Source of the DNA: a virus | Length of the DNA stretch: 64,000 nucleotides | Virus record (IMG/VR): IMGVR_UViG_3300046787_000129 | Span: 32,001-96,000 of that record | Reading direction: 5' to 3' (one strand) | Notes under the pieces: generated by a model | What the model saw: only the letters and a program-made list of their open reading frames with translations | Told to the model about the DNA's origin: nothing | Database searches by the model: none | Position numbers and translations under genes: made by a program | Shown here: positions 59,765 to 64,000 of the stretch, in pieces | How positions within the stretch are numbered: position 1 is the first letter of the stretch | Layout: the number at the start of each line of letters is the position of its first letter

Positions 59765-60190
59765 ATGGAATATTTACTGGGATCACTTGTAACAGTAGCA
59801 TTATTCTTTATCACTAGAAGAATCTTTAATAGTACAGATAGCAAAGACCGTGACTTTAAGATAGTACATAGTCAGAGTTATGTGTATAGTCTAGTCAAAC
59901 CACTCCTAAACCTTCAGTATATTGTAAGCAACAAGACCACTCAGGCATCTAAGTATTTAGATAGCCTATATGTCAGGGTAGTTATTGCAGAAAATAAAGC
60001 ATACTGGATAACAGGAAATACATTCTTCGTAGCAGATGAAGAAGATGGTTTCGTTGACAAGGACACTGCAAAACCTGTAGACGTAATGTCTATGGATGAT
60101 GTACAATTAAAGAAGATGATGTTTATTGTAGAAACACTCACGGAAGGAGCAGAAGATGAAGATCGCAATTCAGGGAACAAAAAGTTTTAA
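59765..60190 (+). CDS. Membrane-anchored hypothetical protein
   Basis: N-terminal TM segment; ATG 5 nt after TATAAT. Confidence 0.65.
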   Translation: MEYLLGSLVTVALFFITRRIFNSTDSKDRDFKIVHSQSYVYSLVKPLLNLQYIVSNKTTQASKYLDSLYVRVVIAENKAYWITGNTFFVADEEDGFVDKDTAKPVDVMSMDDVQLKKMMFIVETLTEGAEDEDRNSGNKKF

Positions 60191-60506
60191 CGACTACACT
60201 ATTTTTCTAAGAGCCATGGGCACAGCGATGTCCTCTATGACTCCAGAAGATAGAGAGTTAACCATATTTTCTGCAGGACCAATGCAGATTAACTCATTCG
60301 GCATGGAGTTTTCTAACATATCTGAGCGTAGCCTAAAGGCTCGTGGTATCAGAATTAAGTTAGTTAAAGTTCCACCTAGCTGGATAAAGACAAACATTCA
60401 CGATATAGATTACCTAGCATACTTCAGTAAGCCAAAGGAGCCACTGTCTGATCTAGTAGATTATGCAGAGGCCAAGGATATTGAAGTCGGAGTCTATAGA
60501 TATTAA
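60156..60506 (+). CDS. SLOG/YspA-like hypothetical protein
   Basis: MKIAIQGTKSFNDY N-terminus resembles SLOG GxRxFxDY. Confidence 0.5.
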   Translation: MKIAIQGTKSFNDYTIFLRAMGTAMSSMTPEDRELTIFSAGPMQINSFGMEFSNISERSLKARGIRIKLVKVPPSWIKTNIHDIDYLAYFSKPKEPLSDLVDYAEAKDIEVGVYRY

Positions 60507-60560
60507 ACTTAGCAAATAAAGTGTTTGCTATATTCAAATAACGAATCAAAAGGAGCTATG

Positions 60561-60770
60561 ATGTTAATCAAGTCTCTAGAACAAATGGAACAGATTGTAA
60601 AGAAGAATAAGTCTTTGATCTGGGATGGCTGGACAGTAGTAAGCCTACAGCCAACACACAATGGCGTCATGTCTAAGGACGGCGTAAAGATAAACGGTCG
60701 TTGGTATCTACAGAAGCGTTACGATGCCGATACTAATGGATGGAATATACCAGACAATATAGTAGGCTAG
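60561..60770 (+). CDS. Hypothetical protein
   Basis: SD AAGGAG; WDGWTVV. Confidence 0.65.
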   Translation: MLIKSLEQMEQIVKKNKSLIWDGWTVVSLQPTHNGVMSKDGVKINGRWYLQKRYDADTNGWNIPDNIVG

Positions 60771-60771
60771 T

Positions 60772-61059
60772 ATGGATAAACATGAGTGGAAAGAAAACGC
60801 AGCATGTTTAGACCTTGATAGAGACCTATTCTTTGATAAGTATGAGGAAGACCTAGAGCTTAGGCCTAAGATAGATGCCCTGTGCTCTAACTGTCCAGTA
60901 CTTAGACAGTGTTTCGCTGTTGGAATCTCCCAGAAGGAATGGGGAGTCTGGGGCGGAATCTATGTAGAGAACGGTAAGATCTCTAGAGAATTTAATAGAC
61001 ACAGGACAAAGCAAGATTGGGCTGAAACATGGCAAAATCTTACAATGGATTCGGAGTAA
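60772..61059 (+). CDS. whiB: WhiB-family transcription factor
   Basis: W...AAC...LFF...CSNCPV..QC...WGVWGG. Confidence 0.92.
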   Translation: MDKHEWKENAACLDLDRDLFFDKYEEDLELRPKIDALCSNCPVLRQCFAVGISQKEWGVWGGIYVENGKISREFNRHRTKQDWAETWQNLTMDSE

Positions 61060-61063
61060 CAGA

Positions 61064-62077
61064 ATGCAAACTACCCAGGTAAACTTAGGGCCAGTAGATA
61101 CATATAAGTTCTTTGAAGATACTCAGCAAATTAGATTGCCAGGTGCAGGCTCATACATAGAGCTTGCTGAATGGAATGCTGCAAACCGTACAACCATAGG
61201 TAGCGAAGATAAGGTTCTAAGCCTGATCTCTGATAACAAAAAACTGGTTGCTACGATGCATGTTTCATTTTATCACTTCTATCTAGATTTTGTTGGAAGA
61301 ATCATTGAGCAGATAAACAAGCATCCAGATACGGAAATCATTATTCATAGGCCACCTAGTGTAAATGAGCCTACTTCTGGAGCCTATGTCTTTGATTCAT
61401 TCTTGCAGACGCTAGACTCGAAGGGCATCAAGTATTCTGTTTATAATCTAAGTGACTATAATGTACTAGAGATTAACAATGTATACTTGTTCTCTCACAG
61501 TAACGTCCCTAAAAATTATCCATCGGCCATCTTTGACTTCTTCTCAGACTATGTTAGAAATCCTGGAATTACTCCGCATAGAGATATATTTCTATCTAGA
61601 AGACACATGGGGAACAGGCATTTCGGCAATGCCCCAGAGTGGGCATGGGCTAACAATGATAACAGGATAGACAATCATGACAAGATAGAAGAGTACTTTA
61701 GTTCAATTGGGTATGAAGTAATCGTTCCAGAAACCTTAAATAGTTTTGAAGAGCAAATGAATACCTTTTACGAAGCAAGAACTATAGTGTCTACTACTAG
61801 CTCTGGACTTACAAACGCTGTATTTATGCAGCCAGGACAGACTATGATAGAGCTAGTAACACCACTGATGATCCACGTTCCAAAAGAGGGTGAGCCAGCC
61901 GAGAATGAGTTTGATCGCTGGACCATCCAGGAAGAGCTTCACCATTTTTATTCTGTAATAGCACTTCACAAGAAGCACAAGTTTCTAATGCTTGGAAACA
62001 AGTATAGAAGCTCTCAGGAAGTTATAGAGCAAATAGAAAGCGATGAATTCTTGAAACGCTTTATAGTCAGAAAGTAA
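61064..62077 (+). CDS. Glycosyltransferase family 61 (DUF563-like)
   Basis: FYHF, IFLSRR, NRIDN, PETL.SFEEQ..F..A, SSGLTNAVFMQPG. Confidence 0.75.
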   Translation: MQTTQVNLGPVDTYKFFEDTQQIRLPGAGSYIELAEWNAANRTTIGSEDKVLSLISDNKKLVATMHVSFYHFYLDFVGRIIEQINKHPDTEIIIHRPPSVNEPTSGAYVFDSFLQTLDSKGIKYSVYNLSDYNVLEINNVYLFSHSNVPKNYPSAIFDFFSDYVRNPGITPHRDIFLSRRHMGNRHFGNAPEWAWANNDNRIDNHDKIEEYFSSIGYEVIVPETLNSFEEQMNTFYEARTIVSTTSSGLTNAVFMQPGQTMIELVTPLMIHVPKEGEPAENEFDRWTIQEELHHFYSVIALHKKHKFLMLGNKYRSSQEVIEQIESDEFLKRFIVRK

Positions 62078-62706
62078 TGATGAATAAGTTAATTATTTTT
62101 GATCTAGATGGCGTACTCATAGATAGTAAAGAGATACATTTTAATGCACTAAACCTTGCACTAAAGGAATTTGGAAACGAGTTCATAATTAGCAGGGATG
62201 AGCAGAACAGCACGTTTGAAGGGTTGACAACCAAGTCAAAGTTAAATATATTAACTAAGACTAAGAATCTTCCAGAAAGCCTGCATTATTATGTGTGGAA
62301 GCTAAAGCAGTCATATTCGTCTGCACTATTTATGAGCGTATCTGTAGACCAGGAACTAATTAATTTATTTAAGTTTATAAGGTCAAGCGGTATAAAGATT
62401 GCAGTAGCAAGTAATAGCATTAGAGAAACGCTAGACACTTGCCTGAAATCTCTAGGACTTCTTGACCTTATAGACTATTCATTAAGCAATGAAGATGTAG
62501 ACTTGCCAAAACCTAGTCCAGAGATGTATAATAAAGTTATAGAGCATTTCAATACAACACCAGACAAGGTTGTTATCTTTGAAGATAGTCCTATTGGTCT
62601 TATGGCAGCCCAGGCAAGTGGTGCCATGGTAGAGCCAGTGAGAAATAGATCGGACATATGGTTCGATAGAATACTTAGAGTAGTTGAGGAATTAAATGAA
62701 GCCTAA
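62077..62706 (+). CDS. HAD-family phosphatase
   Basis: FDLDGVLID, ASNS, KPSPE, FEDS..GL.AA. Confidence 0.9.
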   Translation: MMNKLIIFDLDGVLIDSKEIHFNALNLALKEFGNEFIISRDEQNSTFEGLTTKSKLNILTKTKNLPESLHYYVWKLKQSYSSALFMSVSVDQELINLFKFIRSSGIKIAVASNSIRETLDTCLKSLGLLDLIDYSLSNEDVDLPKPSPEMYNKVIEHFNTTPDKVVIFEDSPIGLMAAQASGAMVEPVRNRSDIWFDRILRVVEELNEA

Positions 62707-63406
62707 CGTAGTGATACCAATGGCAGGTCTTGGGAGCAGGTTCGCTGAAAGTGGATATGCCCTACCAAAGCCATTGATAAAGATATTTGGCAAGCCAATG
62801 ATTAAGTTGGTAGTCGATAGTCTGCAGCTAGATGCTAACTATATATTTATTGTTCAGAAGGAACACAGAGTAAAGTTTCATCTAGACGACGTTCTTGACG
62901 AGATTGCTCCAGGATGTAAGATTGTAGAAGTTGATGGAGTCACCGATGGTGCTGCAAGAACAGTTCTTCTTGCTAAAGATCTTATCGATAATGACACCCC
63001 ACTCATAATATCAAATTCAGACCAGGTTGTAGTATGGTCGAGTTTTACTTTCGAGTCTGTACTGGCCTCACACAGCGTTGTAGCCCTATTCCGTGCAGAC
63101 GATTCCAAGTGGTCATATGCTAAGATTGATGAGCTTGGATTAATTTGCGAGGTAGCAGAGAAGAAAGTCATTAGCAACAATGCTAGTGTTGGTATTTATG
63201 GATGGAAGACTGGCTCTGACTATGTGAAGTATGCAGAGCAGATGATATCTAAGGATATCAGGACTAACAATGAGTTCTACATCGCTCCAGTCTACAATGA
63301 GGCAATCGCTGACGGAGAGAAAATCATTCCATACTTTGTAGATGAGATGCACGGACTTGGAACTCCAGAAGACATGAATAATTTTATTAAGGATAAAGTA
63401 AAGTGA
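62696..63406 (+). CDS. Sugar-phosphate nucleotidyltransferase / GT-A fold protein
   Basis: IPMAGLGSRF..GY..PKPLI, TDGAA, NSDQ, EKK, EFYIAPVYN, LGTPED. Confidence 0.85.
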   Translation: MKPNVVIPMAGLGSRFAESGYALPKPLIKIFGKPMIKLVVDSLQLDANYIFIVQKEHRVKFHLDDVLDEIAPGCKIVEVDGVTDGAARTVLLAKDLIDNDTPLIISNSDQVVVWSSFTFESVLASHSVVALFRADDSKWSYAKIDELGLICEVAEKKVISNNASVGIYGWKTGSDYVKYAEQMISKDIRTNNEFYIAPVYNEAIADGEKIIPYFVDEMHGLGTPEDMNNFIKDKVK

Positions 63407-63840
63407 TTAAGATAGCACATAGGGGAAACCAGAATGGCCCAGCACAGAATGAGAATGAGCCAACGCAGCTTGTAGCAACTCTTTCAGGCGGTTTTGATAT
63501 TGAGGTAGATGTCTGGAAGGTTGAGGGAGAGTTCTTCCTAGGACACGATGCCCCACAGTATCCAGTAGACGAGCAGTTCTTGAGAGACATCGGAGACAGT
63601 GCCTGGTATCACTGTAAGAACCTCGATGCACTGGAGCACTTCAACAAGCACCTGTCAGACCTGAGATATTTCTGGCACCAGGAAGATGCCTATACACTAA
63701 CTAGCAATGGCTACATCTGGACTTATCCTGGACAACAGGTTACAGATAGATCTATCCTTGTTCATCTTGGTAAGCCAGATCTATCTACATTTGACGTTAT
63801 GCCATACGCTATCTGTTCAGACTACGTAAGAGAGTTCTAG
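63403..63840 (+). CDS. Minimal GDPD-like phosphodiesterase
   Basis: IAHRG, ENEP, EVDVW, LGHD, HCKN, ICSD. Confidence 0.8.
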   Translation: MIKIAHRGNQNGPAQNENEPTQLVATLSGGFDIEVDVWKVEGEFFLGHDAPQYPVDEQFLRDIGDSAWYHCKNLDALEHFNKHLSDLRYFWHQEDAYTLTSNGYIWTYPGQQVTDRSILVHLGKPDLSTFDVMPYAICSDYVREF

Positions 63841-63841
63841 C

Positions 63842-64000
63842 ATGTATACAGACGCAATGAAGAGAGCCTTTCACTCGGTAACACCACCAAAGAATTTTGC
63901 GGTACAGATAATTGACGAGGACAACTTCCTTACAGTTCGTGCTAGCGAAAGAATGTTCATGAAACTACTTGACGAAGACAAGCGTAGTGCGATAGAATAT
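63842..64000 (+). CDS. Hypothetical protein (5' part, runs off the window)
   Basis: ATG 63842 open to the window end (MYTDAMKRAFHS...). Confidence 0.65.
   Translation, partial: MYTDAMKRAFHSVTPPKNFAVQIIDEDNFLTVRASERMFMKLLDEDKRSAIEY

Overview
A 64-kb piece of a large tailed dsDNA phage (siphovirus-type tail: tube, chaperones, 2387-aa tape measure, no sheath seen). Every credible gene is on the + strand. The host is most likely an actinobacterium, inferred from WhiB, an FmdB-type Zn ribbon, class Ib NrdH/I/E/F, DnaE and many apparently leaderless genes. Gene order: accessory modification and tail-fibre genes (1-8.4 kb); head, neck and tail module (8.4-33.7 kb); replication and recombination (DnaB, primase, SSB, DnaE, RecA, Cas4-like, RuvC-like; 33.7-45.8 kb); terminase; a surface-protein-like gene; nrdIEF; a block of exported proteins; an EndoVII/HNH gene; a tRNA cluster; endolysin; small host-takeover genes; and a glycan-modification cassette. 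Most notable observations: (i) five tRNAs plus a tRNA mimic with a shrunken anticodon arm, interleaved with structured spacer RNAs, where four units are preceded by a hairpin ending 3-4 nt upstream; (ii) the tail chaperones G and GT appear to be two duplicated genes rather than a frameshift pair; (iii) a large lectin-like surface protein that apparently starts at AUU; (iv) two promoter classes, one driving leaderless genes; (v) one ~70-aa beta module inserted in three different tail proteins. All family calls come from recognising motifs by eye; no database searches were run.
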